64,000 nt of DNA from Octopus bimaculoides (Eukaryota): assembly GCF_001194135.2 (NCBI RefSeq), contig NC_068985.1:49495137-49559136 (forward strand), in the 5' to 3' direction. Below the pieces are notes generated by a model. The model did no database searches. It was not told the DNA's origin and saw nothing but the letters and a program-made list of their open reading frames with translations. Position 1 is the stretch's first letter. Every line of letters begins with the position of its first letter. This document shows positions 52,660-64,000 of this stretch, piece by piece. The position numbers were made by a program, and so were the translations under genes.

Positions 52660-52930
52660 CAATATGCTGTGCTTCAGTAGAAGATCCATCAAGCCAAGTG
52701 AAACCATAGTCATGGCATATACTGGTGTCACACAACTGGCACCTGTGCTGGTGGCACATAGAAGCACCCATTACACTCTCAGAGTGGTTGGTGTTAGGAA
52801 GGGCATCCAGCCATAGAAACCATGCCAAATCAGACTGGAGTCTGATGCAGCTCCTCAGCTTCCCAGCCCTGGTAAAACCATCCAATCCATGCCAGCATGG
52901 ATAACGGATGTTAAATGATGATGATGATCA
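52660..52930 (+). mobile_element. SINE-C/RTE-tail retroposon
   Basis: Ends CCATGCCAGCATGGATAACGGATGTTAAATGATGATGAT. Confidence 0.85.
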
Positions 52931-54227
52931 TCATCATAACACAGTGTGAAGCAATTGTTGTTGTCACTAGGCTTAACTCATCATAAAGCAAATACCATCA
53001 CGAGTGATGATATCCAGACTACAGTGGAAAAGGCAAACCACTGGGTTTGGTTGAAAAGAGATGATCAGCAATAGTTTGAAGAATACTGAGTGAAACCTAG
53101 TAACCAGTTGATGTAGAAAGTGAGGCCTCATTTCAGTGGGTGGAGCCAGTGCACAATAATGTTGTTGAGGAGAAGGCCCCAAAATGTGGCACATTCTCTC
53201 CTGATGACCTCATAAGTTTGCTAGTATCCAATATGCAGAGCTTTCATCTGGTAACACTTGCATTTGCAAGCTGTTTGCAAAAAATCTAAATATATATATA
53301 TACACACTATGAGGATATTTAAACCTTTTATAGGGATAGTTTTATCTAAGATACCCTGGTTTAATATATTTTGAAGAAATATTTCCTCAATGTTGTTTTT
53401 CATGTACCACCAGCACAAGTGCCAGTAAGGCGATGCTGATAATGATCATGCTTGGATGGTGCTCTTAGCGCTCCACTAGCATAGATGCCAGTCATGCGGT
53501 GCTGTCATCGAATTTGATTTCGATTTCACTTGCCTCAACAGGTCTTCGCAAGCAGAGTTTAGTGTCCAATGAAAGAAAGGTACGCCTAAGTGGGCTGGTT
53601 ACACCACTGGCATAGGCCACGGGTTATGGTCTCACTTGGCCTGCCGGGTCTTCACACACACACACACACACACCCAAATACTTACATACTTTTATTTATA
53701 TTGGGTGTATATGCATTTTATTGGTTGGCCTGTAGTAGGATAATAAGTGAGTATTGTTCAGTCTGCAACCTTTCATTTTATCACTATATTAAATTACAGC
53801 CAATCAAATTGATAGTATAAGACTAAATTAAAATTTTTTTTAAAAAAACCCTGAAAGATAATAACATAATTGATAAGATAGAAAATACAATTATGTATTT
53901 TCCCACAATGTTGAATGTGACAAACTGTACAAAGATATTGTGTACTAAAAGGTCAGCAGGCCAGCCTATAGTTAGTTACAATAAATATTAACTCTTAGAA
54001 GCATATCTGCAGAACTGTGGCCCATCATATTCTTGTATATAATAATGAAATGTAGAAATTCCACAGCAGATCACTGCAGTGCAATCAAGGCTGTGTAGTT
54101 AAGAAGATTGTTTTATAACCACATGGTTCTGGATTCAATCCCAGTGGTGACATATTAGGTAAGTGTCTTCTACCATAGCTAAGAGTTAACAAATGCCTTG
54201 TGAAATTTGGTAAACTAAAACTTCCAA

Positions 54228-54259
<32 letters not shown>

Positions 54260-54340
54260 GAGCCTGGTGTTGCCATCCGGTTTCACCAGTCCTCAGTCAA
54301 ATCGTCCAACCCATGCTAGCATGGAAAGCGGACGTTAAAC

Positions 54341-54373
<33 letters not shown>

Positions 54374-54622
54374 ATGTATGTCACAATATATGGATTCAAG
54401 TAATCTGGTAGTACTCATAAAAAAACTGCTTAATGTATCATTCTACAAAACATATAGAATATGTAATACAAGAGAAAATGTTAAGAAGTGTATAGAGTCA
54501 TAAATGACAGAGAAATAGTTTGATGAAATTTTATTTAATAATAAGAAAATTCTAATATCATAACAAATTGCTTTGTAACTTAAAATATGTAAGTAATTTA
54601 TATTATATTTATTATATTTTAA

Positions 54623-54839
54623 CCCTTTCGTTACCAACCAGGCTGAAACCGTCTCTGGCTCTGAGTACAAATGTCTTGTTTCCATAAGTTTTGAATAAAA
54701 ATCTTCCACCAAACCTAAGTCACAATTTATGTTCCTAACACCAGCTGAATAACTAAGTTATTTTACTAAATTCTTTGTTATATTTTAAGTAACTGAAAGA
54801 AACACAGAGCATCTCAAAATAAATACAGTAACGAAAGGC
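54623..54839. mobile_element. piggyBac-type MITE
   Basis: TTAA|CCCTTTCGTTAC ... GTAACGAAAGGC|TTAA; the TIRs match at 11/12. Confidence 0.85.
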
Positions 54840-55270
54840 TTAAATGCATAAAATCCTTCAAAATAATGCAAAAATGCCTTCAAAATGATGCAGAATTTAA
54901 GCTTCCTCAATGTGTTCCATGCAAGTCTTCTTTGGTGTGCTGGACTGGATTTTCCAGTTTATATCATTAATACTTTTGTACATTTCACCACTTTTGTTGC
55001 TTGGAATCTACATTGGATGTTTCAAGTGCATTTGGATGCTTAACCAGAAAGGATCAACAGGAAATACTTTATTCCATTAAGTTATAAGAGAATTAATGTC
55101 AAGTATTTTGACAGAAGGAAAGCAAATAGCAGATAAAAAAAGGGCTCATAACATAAATGCATGTTTGTCTTAACTTTTCCTACATTTGCTCTATTTTCCA
55201 CAACTAGTAATACTTCTAAGTATAGTAGTTACTTGACCAATATATTGGAAGCAGATAGGGCCACAAGCTG

Positions 55271-55503
55271 ACGGAATCATGAGCACGCCGAGTGAAATGC
55301 TTAGCAGTTTTTCGTCTGCCGCTACATTCTGAGTTCAAATTCCACCAAGGTTGACTTTGCCTTTCATCCTTTCGGAGTCAATTAAATAAGTAAAGTATAA
55401 GTACCAGTTACGCACTGAGATCGATGTAATCGATTTAATCTCTTTGTCTGTCCTTGTTTGTCCCCTCTATGTTTAGCCATTTATGGGCAATAAAGAAATA
55501 AAT
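55271..55503 (+). mobile_element. SINE-B copy
   Basis: Same core domain, with a TTTAGCC...GGGCAATAAAGAAATAA 3' end like the 25812 copy. Confidence 0.9.
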
Positions 55504-57297
55504 ATATTGGTAGCAGACTGGAACATGAAGATCTATGTGGAACTCGAAATATAATAGTAGCAGTCATACAGCTATTTGAACACACAAGATATTCTAATAT
55601 TCTAAGATATACGATATAGCCAGCCATCACTCAGGAGTGAGTATGGCTTAGTTAAGAGGTACCATGTTTTTGCAAATTGTTTTGTGTGTCAATATAATTG
55701 CAAGCAAACATAAAATGCCCAACCAGTCCCTCACCTTAGCTCAGTGTCATATCTCAGATGTGATAGCTTGAGAGAGAGAGGGGGGGGGAGAGAGAGGGGG
55801 GANNNNNNNNNNNNNNNNNNNNNNNNNNNNNNNNNNNNNNNNNNNNNNNNNNNNNNNNNNNNNNNNNNNNNNNNNNNNNNNNNNNNNNNNNNNNNNNNNN
55901 NNNNNNNNNNNNNNNNNNNNNNNNNNNNNNNNNNNNNNNNNNNNNNNNNNNNNNNNNNNNNNNNNNNNNNNNNNNNNNNNNNNNNNNNNNNNNNNNNNNN
56001 NNNNNNNNNNNNNNNNNNNNNNNNNNNNNNNNNNNNNNNNNNNNNNNNNNNNNNNNNNNNNNNNNNNNNNNNNNNNNNNNNNNNNNNNNNNNNNNNNNNN
56101 NNNNNNNNNNNNNNNNNNNNNNNNNNNNNNNNNNNNNNNNNNNNNNNNNNNNNNNNNNNNNNNNNNNNNNNNNNNNNNNNNNNNNNNNNNNNNNNNNNNN
56201 NNNNNNNNNNNNNNNNNNNNNNNNNNNNNNNNNNNNNNNNNNNNNNNNNNNNNNNNNNNNNNGAGAGAGAGAAGGAGAGAGAGAGAAGGAGAGAGAGAGA
56301 AGGAGAGAGAGAGAAGGAGAGAGAGAGAAGGAGAGAGAGAGAAGGAGAGAGAGAGAAGGAGAGAGAGAGAAGGAGAGAGAGTGAGAACTGTAACAACATC
56401 TGGCTGGTACTCATTGACAGCTGAGTAGACTGGAGCAACATGAAATGAAGTGCCTTGTTCAAGGACACAATGTACTGCCCAATCCAGGAATTGAACCTGA
56501 GTACCCTAACCGCTAGGCCATGTACACCTATGTGAACCCAGATTTATAGTAAAGGCCATTTCCTTTGTCTTGTGAATGAATTTTACAGGTGTACATGTGT
56601 TTTATGTGCAGGTGGATGTGTGTGCATGTTTGTGTGTAGATGTTTACATGAAAAACCACTGAGCTACAAGTATATATATATATATATATATATACATACA
56701 TATNNNNNNNNNNNNNNNNNNNNNNNNNNNNNNNNNNNNNNNNNNNNNNNNNNNNNNNNNNNNNNNNNNNNNNNNNNNNNNNNNNNNNNNNNNNNNNNNN
56801 NNNNNNNNNNNNNNNNNNNNNNNNNNNNNNNNNNNNNNNNNNNNNNNNNNNNNNNNNNNNNNNNNNNNNNNNNNNNNNNNNNNNNNNNNNNNNNNNNNNN
56901 NNNNNNNNNNNNNNNNNNNNNNNNNNNNNNNNNNNNNNNNNNNNNNNNNNNNNNNNNNNNNNNNNNNNNNNNNNNNNNNNNNNNNNNNNNNNNNNNNNNN
57001 NNNNNNNNNNNNNNNNNNNNNNNNNNNNNNNNNNNNNNNNNNNNNNNNNNNNNNNNNNNNNNNNNNNNNNNNNNNNNNNNNNNNNNNNNNNNNNNNNNNN
57101 NNNNNNNNNNNNNNNNNNNNNNNNNNNNNNNNNNNNNNNNNNNNNNNNNNNNNNNNNNNNNNNNNNNNNNNNNNNNNNNNNNNNNNNNNNNNNNNNNNNN
57201 NNNNNNNNNNNNNNNNNNNNNNNNNNNNNAAGAACAATAGCTTTCTTGGTTACATATTTGTATCTATCTATCTATCTATCTTATCTATCTAGTGTTT

Positions 57298-57338
<41 letters not shown>

Positions 57339-59088
57339 TCTCTTTCTCTCTCTCTCTCTACACACACAAACAGAGCTAATCCTCATTTTAATAGACTAAT
57401 ATGATGTATTTCAGACCTAACAACTAAATAATGATGATAATAATAATATTACAATACATTATGTTTCTGATAAAATAATTTTCAACCATATTATCAAATG
57501 GTAAAGAAAAGAATTACAGATTTTTTTCATTATAATTCAATAATCTTAAATTGTGCAGCAATGTGTATTGTATCAAAGCATTTAAAAAAATTTTTTACTT
57601 TACATAATAAACCATTAAAGATGTTCCCTAGGTTTCTTTTGATTTAACAGACCTTCAGCATTAACAGACATATTTATTAGTCTGTTAAATCAAAGCTTGA
57701 TACTTTGTGTTTGTGTGGGGGTTGGCAAAAAATGTAGATAAATATATAATACATATCCTTTTATTTTAGCAGTAGATATCTTTCATTCAACATATTTATG
57801 GAAATTTCATTGTCTGTTAGAGATGTTTAGATTAGCTGTATACCCACCCACATGCCAAACAGATACATGTATTCAAATGTGGTTTAAGTATGTAGCACTG
57901 AGTTTCGTTTATGTTAGATAATATTAGTTAACAAATATAGTCAGAGTTACGTACCTTGATTAAAAGCACACTACAACGTTAAAATATAATCATTTCTTAA
58001 ATAAGTACAAAAACCACACAAATTTATTGGCAAATTTGGGAAATTGAAGAGTGTATCATGTTATTAAGCTATGTAACTGAAATGAACCATAATGGAAAAA
58101 TGAAATTACCTCTGATTTACTTTGCTAGAAGGTACAGCTTACAAAATACCCTCAACTAGTTGAATAAAGAATAAAATTTCTATCTCTCTCTATGCAAACA
58201 TGCCAGCATTTTATACAGACAATTATCTATATACATATGCAAACACACACACACACACGTATAACTACAAATAAGGATACGTACATATATACAAGGCTGG
58301 CCTAAGTAATAAAACATTGTCAAAAAGAGATATATTTAAAATAATAAAAACTAATCCACCTCCTTGTTGTTCCCTTACTGATCATTCTCTTTTATTTTCT
58401 GTACATTTGAGCTATATATTTAAAATAAACCACAAGTACAGATTCACACCACACAAATATCTATCTATCTAACTATCTATCTATCTATCTATCTATCTAT
58501 ATATANNNNNNNNNNNNNNNNNNNNNNNNNNNNNNNNNNNNNNNNNNNNNNNNNNNNNNNNNNNNNNNNNNNNNNNNNNNNNNNNNNNNNNNNNNNNNNN
58601 NNNNNNNNNNNNNNNNNNNNNNNNNNNNNNNNNNNNNNNNNNNNNNNNNNNNNNNNNNNNNNNNNNNNNNNNNNNNNNNNNNNNNNNNNNNNNNNNNNNN
58701 NNNNNNNNNNNNNNNNNNNNNNNNNTTCCTAACGCCAACCACTCCGAGAGTGTAGTGGGTGCTTTTATGTGCCACTGGCATGAAGGCCAGTCAGGTGGTA
58801 CTGGCAATGGCCATGCTCAAAATGGTGTATTTTACGTGCCACCTGCACAGGAGCCAGTCCAATGGCACTGGCAACGATCTCGCTCAAATGTCTTTACACG
58901 TGCCAGGAAGGCGACGCTGGGCACAGATATTCTTTTATTTGTTTCAGTCATTTGACTGCAGTCATACTGGAGCACCACTTTTTAGTCTAAGAAATCAACC
59001 CCAGGACTTATTCTTTGTAAGCCTAGTACTTATTCTATCAGTCACTTTTGCTGAACAGCTAAGTTATTGGGACAAATACAGACACAAA

Positions 59089-59127
<39 letters not shown>

Positions 59128-59131
<4 letters not shown>

Positions 59132-59345
59132 GGGCATGTGTGGTTTAGTGGGTAGGGTGTTGCACTCATGATCGTAAGATTGTGGTTTCAATTCTTGATA
59201 GGGCAATGCATTGTGTTCTTGAGCAAAACTCTGCATTCTATATGCTCCAGTCCACTCAGCTGGTAAATATGAGCAATTCTGCAACAGACTGGCATCCCAT
59301 CCAGGGGTGGTGGAGATTTATTTAATACAGAATCTGGGAAACAAG
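59128..59345 (+). mobile_element. SINE-E: tRNA head plus CORE-like domain (partial copies also at about 28400-28580 and 56380-56525, minus strand)
   Basis: GTGGTTTAGTGGGTAGGGTGTTGCACTCATGATCG head, then GTGTTCTTGAGCAA...GCTCCAGTCCACTCAGCTG. Confidence 0.7.
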
Positions 59346-59386
59346 TTTCATGTGCCTGTGGCTCAGAAAGGATTTTTCATACTTTT

Positions 59387-59426
<40 letters not shown>

Positions 59427-59545
59427 TGTAGGCTTCTTTCAGTTTCCTTCCACCAAGTCCACTCACAAGGTATTGGCTGGCATGGTGCCATAGGGGACAT
59501 TTGCCCAAGGTGCCATCCAGTGAAACTGAACTTGGAACCATGTAT

Positions 59546-59600
<55 letters not shown>

Positions 59601-59609
59601 CTCTCTCTC

Positions 59610-59644
<35 letters not shown>

Positions 59645-60201
59645 CACATGCACATTTAGTTTCTGACTGAAAGAGGGAACTCAGTGTTTAAGAAAATGCT
59701 TAACAATGTCAAATCCAGAATCCAATAAATCTGGTGGTACTCTACTTCACGAATAATTAATCTAAAGTTAGATTCACAGAAAAGGTGGATGAATTCAGTT
59801 GTCATGCTGAGTGAAGTTTCTCAAATTTCAGCATTGTTGCATTTCATCTGAGAATTAGGAAGAGAGGGAAAGTGATGTTGTTCAAACAACTCTAGCAACA
59901 AAAATACTATTCTCTCTTTCTTTCCTTACTCTCCGAAGGATAGTGAAGACTTTTGAATATGCAGTTCTTCATTCCTCACAGCAACCAGACTTAGCAAACT
60001 GACATATGAATTCTGCTATGCTATAATAGACTATACCACATCCTATCTACTTCAGCACTATTTTGATTTATTTCAGGTTTCCTTTAGTATTTATAAATGT
60101 TGTGTATGTTAGGTTTAATAGAATTAGCAGTCAAATCCATCTTATAGCGCATACTAGTGTCTTAAGAAAGGAAGGACAGTTTTAGATGCTTGTTACTTTA
60201 A

Positions 60202-60421
60202 CTGTTTAGTATTCAGATTACTCTGTTGAATGTAATGCTTGTTTATTCACATTGTTTTGAATTAATCATGCATTATCTTGTAGCTTTGAGATTTTGATGA
60301 TGTGTTTGTTTATTTTTAGGCTGACATTGTAGGATGGAGTGAGAGGCCCAGTCTGGCCAGTTTGAGTATAAAACAGGCAGAATATTTCGAGCCTGATATG
60401 GCCTGTTTGAACGCTAAAGGG
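60202..60421. mobile_element. piggyBac-type MITE
   Basis: TTAA|CTGTTTAGTATTCA ... TGAACGCTAAAGGG|TTAA. Confidence 0.75.
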
Positions 60422-60744
60422 TTAAAAAACATAAAGACACAATGGTCACAGAGTGTACATCTTTGATCATAGGCCTACACAAGCAAGGCTGACCTGCAGT
60501 GAAACAACAATGAAATTACCGACAGAAACAATATCAGTTAATAAAGACATGTTCAAGTTTACTTGAATATTTTTATTGCAGTGTTTTACATGTTTTATTT
60601 ATTGGTTTTTATAACTTGATGTCTTTGAAACGAATAAATTTTATCTTTTTTAGACATATAACGGTAGAATGTTAAGTAGAAAGAAAAAAAATGAATGAAT
60701 TTATCTGACAAACCAATATATTTTAAAATATCTAGTATGAACAA

Positions 60745-60950
60745 GGCAGCGAGCTGGCAGAAACATTAGCATGCCAAGCGAAATGCTTAGTGGTATTTCA
60801 TTTGTCTTTATGTTCTGAGATCAAATTCTGCTGAGGTCGACTTTGCCTTTCATCCTTTCGGGGTCAATAAATTTGCGTACTGGGGTCGATCTAATTGATT
60901 GGCCCCTGCCCCCAAAATTTTCGAACCTTGTGCCTCAATTAGAAAAGAAT
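60745..60950 (+). mobile_element. SINE-B copy
   Basis: GGCAGCGAGCTGGCAGAAAC head and GTCGACTTTGCCTTTCATCCTTTCGGGGTC core. Confidence 0.9.
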
Positions 60951-61523
60951 ATTTAGTATGAAGAAAAGTGGGATAGCATGTGTACTGGAGGAAGAGGTGG
61001 TAATGCTGAATTTAAAATGTACAGTTAACTTTCCTTGAACTTCAACTCATCAGTACAATCTGGTTATACATTTACTACAGATATGAGCTTACAACCTTTG
61101 GTGTAATTTCTCAGTGAATTAAATATATTAGCTACTGTTGTGATTACACAGCTCTACTTTGATCCAGCAGATTTGTAGGAGTTGTATCAACTGAAATGTA
61201 GTGCAGTGAATGGTATATGGTAAACTTTACATAGTTTTATAGAATATCATATGTAGTTAAATGACAGCATTTTGTGTTTGTTGAAATAGTTTAGGAAAGG
61301 TAGATTGTGTAGAAGGAGAATAGAATACCAAGAATGCTCTGTGTGGATAACCTTAATTACTGGTGTGATTGTGTGGTAAGAAGTTTGATTCCTAACTACA
61401 TGGTTCCAGGTTCAGTTCCTCTGTGTGGCACCTTGGGCAAGTGTCTTTTGCTATAGCCCTAGGCAACCAAGGCTTTGTGAGTGGATTTGGTAGACAGAAA
61501 CTGAAAGAATCCTATTGTGTGTG

Positions 61524-61557
<34 letters not shown>

Positions 61558-61568
61558 CATGCACACAT

Positions 61569-61630
<62 letters not shown>

Positions 61631-63354
61631 ATATGCGTTTATGTTTCTTTGTCTTAACATTGTGTAACAGTTGTAAATGAATGTCACTGTCATACAAGCA
61701 GTGTAGTTCATTTCCAATGTTGTGCAAAAACAAGTCTAGCCATAAGGAAATATTACTTTCTTGGAAACAAGCGATAGCTGGCAACAGGAAGGACATCTAA
61801 GTACACCACAATAAACTCCATCTGACTCATGCAAGCATGGAAAAGTGGATGTTAAAATGATGAATGACAAGGATGTTGTCCCATAGATGTTGTAGATGTC
61901 ATTACTATTCTTGATAACCATTGTAGATTTTGAAGATGTTCTTCCATAGTGGTTGTTGTTGATGTTATTTATGTCAAGGATGTTCTTCCATAGTGTTTAT
62001 TGTGCATGCCATTATCATTGCTTCTAATTAATGTAATTTTTATTTACACACTGTTGATATTGAAACAGAGTATTCTGAACAATAAATTCAGAAAACAGCA
62101 GAAAAGATTAAAATGAATGGAAAGCAAAAATAAAAAGCTAAGAAAATACGAAGAAATTTATCTGACAATCCAATACTTCTGCTGTTTGACTTTCTAATAC
62201 AAGTAACATTAGTGCAAAAGGTTAAAAGGTGCAATTAGATAAAATAATTTTACAACATAGTAGTATTGTTTCAGAAAAAACTGAACTAGCTCAGCAGTGC
62301 ATAATCTACAAAAGTAAGGGTAGGTGAGTGACTAATTAACCTTTAAATCATAACTTGGTTTCTATGGAAACTTCATGACATTTCTTAAATTACTTAGTGT
62401 CATTGGTAACTATCTTTTTAGATTGAAATAAACATGGACAATTGTAGTTCTGTACTCTTAACAAAATATCACAATATCATTTAGGGGAGGGGGGGAAAAC
62501 AAGAGAATAATAGCTCAGTGAGGTAATATTTCCACTTAAACAAGGATGTTCTGTTGGAACAAACTATACTGCAATAGATACCCTGAGAGAAACTCTCATA
62601 TTGGCTTCTGGTGCAAAATGCACTCTTGTTTATATCGCTAGTGTGGCGATAAAGCCCCACAATCTCCAGCACTGAGAGCACCAGATCACATGATTTCAAC
62701 CTTCCTTGGTTTTGACAATAGTGGACGCTTGACTGCTAGAAATAGCAGCAACTCATCTCCCTGCCAGTGATATATAGAAAAAGTGCCAGAACTGGTATTG
62801 GTGTTGTAATTAGCCAGTGATTGTTTTAAAAAATTAACCAGTGAGCTTTTTAAAATATATATATTTTTTTTTTTAATAGTGCATTGATGGAATATTTGAG
62901 TTGGATAACTGAAGGTTTTCTCTTCAGGCCTTGTGAAAACCTAGTTAGATATCAGAGTCTAGGCATCACAAAACTTAAGTACTAGTGATATTATGATTTA
63001 AGGAATTCATAACAAACTTTAGAGAAACTAACAAAAGAAAAAATACTCTATTTCAATTCTGTTTTGAGTTGCAACTCCTTTGTGGTAAGCTCCAAGAAAT
63101 CTTAGATATTTGACGCAACTGCAATAGCTAAGAACCAATGAAAGTGCATCTACATAGTTATTTGACCTACTAAAAAAAGCCAAATTTTCCTAACAGTGTG
63201 GGGCACTAGTACTCCAGAATGGTAGACAACTTCTGTTGGAGCATTTAAGCAAATATTTTCCAACACAATCTCAGGTCAACCTTGTGAGTGAAAACTGACT
63301 TGGTCAGTCAACATTCCTGTGAGAATCACAGTGTTGGTTTCCCAGTTGCTCTGA

Positions 63355-63385
<31 letters not shown>

Positions 63386-63797
63386 CTCTTTTACTCTTTT
63401 ACTTGTTTCAGTCATTTGACTGCAGCCATGCTGGAGTACCACCTTTTAGTTGAACAAATCGACCCCAGGACTTATTCTTTGCAAGCCCAGCACTCATTCT
63501 ATCAGTCTCCTTTGCCAAATCGCTAAGTTACAGGGACGTACACACACCAGCATCGGTTGTCAAGCGATGGTGGAGGGACAAACACAGACACACAAACATA
63601 CACACAGACATACATATATATATATATACATATACATATATACGACGGGCTTCTTTCAGTTTCCGTCTACCAAATCCACTCACAAGGCTTTGGTCGGCCC
63701 AAGGCTATAGTAGAAGACACTTGCCCAAGGTGCCACACAGTGGGACTGAGCCCAGAACCATGTGGTTCGTAAGCAAACTACTTACCACACAGCCACT
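63386..63797 (-). mobile_element. SINE-A, full length
   Basis: Complete reverse-complement match to the 18071 copy, including the CTCTTTTA tail. Confidence 0.93.
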
Positions 63798-64000
63798 AAC
63801 TCATTTCAAAATACCTCGACCATATCCTATCCCCGTTAGTTGCTGCCCTCCCATCCCACATACACGACACCAACCACGCCCTTCGCCTCTTCAATTCCTT
63901 TTCTTTCCCTCCCGGCCCCTCACACCTCCTCTTCACCCTGGACATTAAATCCCTATACACCGTGATTCCACACCACGATGGTCTCTCAGCCCCCCACTAC

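Overview
This is eukaryotic, AT-rich, repeat-dominated DNA from a draft assembly; 12 N-gaps total about 4.7 kb, and most abut microsatellites or low-complexity repeats. The SINE families, RTE tails and microsatellite load point to a cephalopod, most likely Octopus; this is inferred from recalled repeat consensus, not from a search. No complete protein-coding gene is visible, and almost all ORFs in the supplied track are microsatellite or N-gap artefacts. Mobile DNA: five SINE-like families, including two oppositely oriented tandem arrays; remnants of three IS630-Tc1-mariner families (DD36E, DD41D and a maT-like element); TTAA-flanked piggyBac-type MITEs; RTE and CR1 LINE fragments; and Penelope-like GIY-YIG remnants. 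Other structure: two hammerhead-ribozyme-like folds, a 27-bp minisatellite, a spacerless 150-bp palindrome and a pre-miRNA-like hairpin. The best host-gene evidence is a 153-nt minus-strand exon (39101-39253) with strong splice sites and an FPLPP-acidic motif; a few weaker exon candidates lie on both strands. I found no convincing new multi-gene system. The leads most worth testing are RNA-level: the hairpin, the ribozyme-like folds and the fold-back or inverted repeats.
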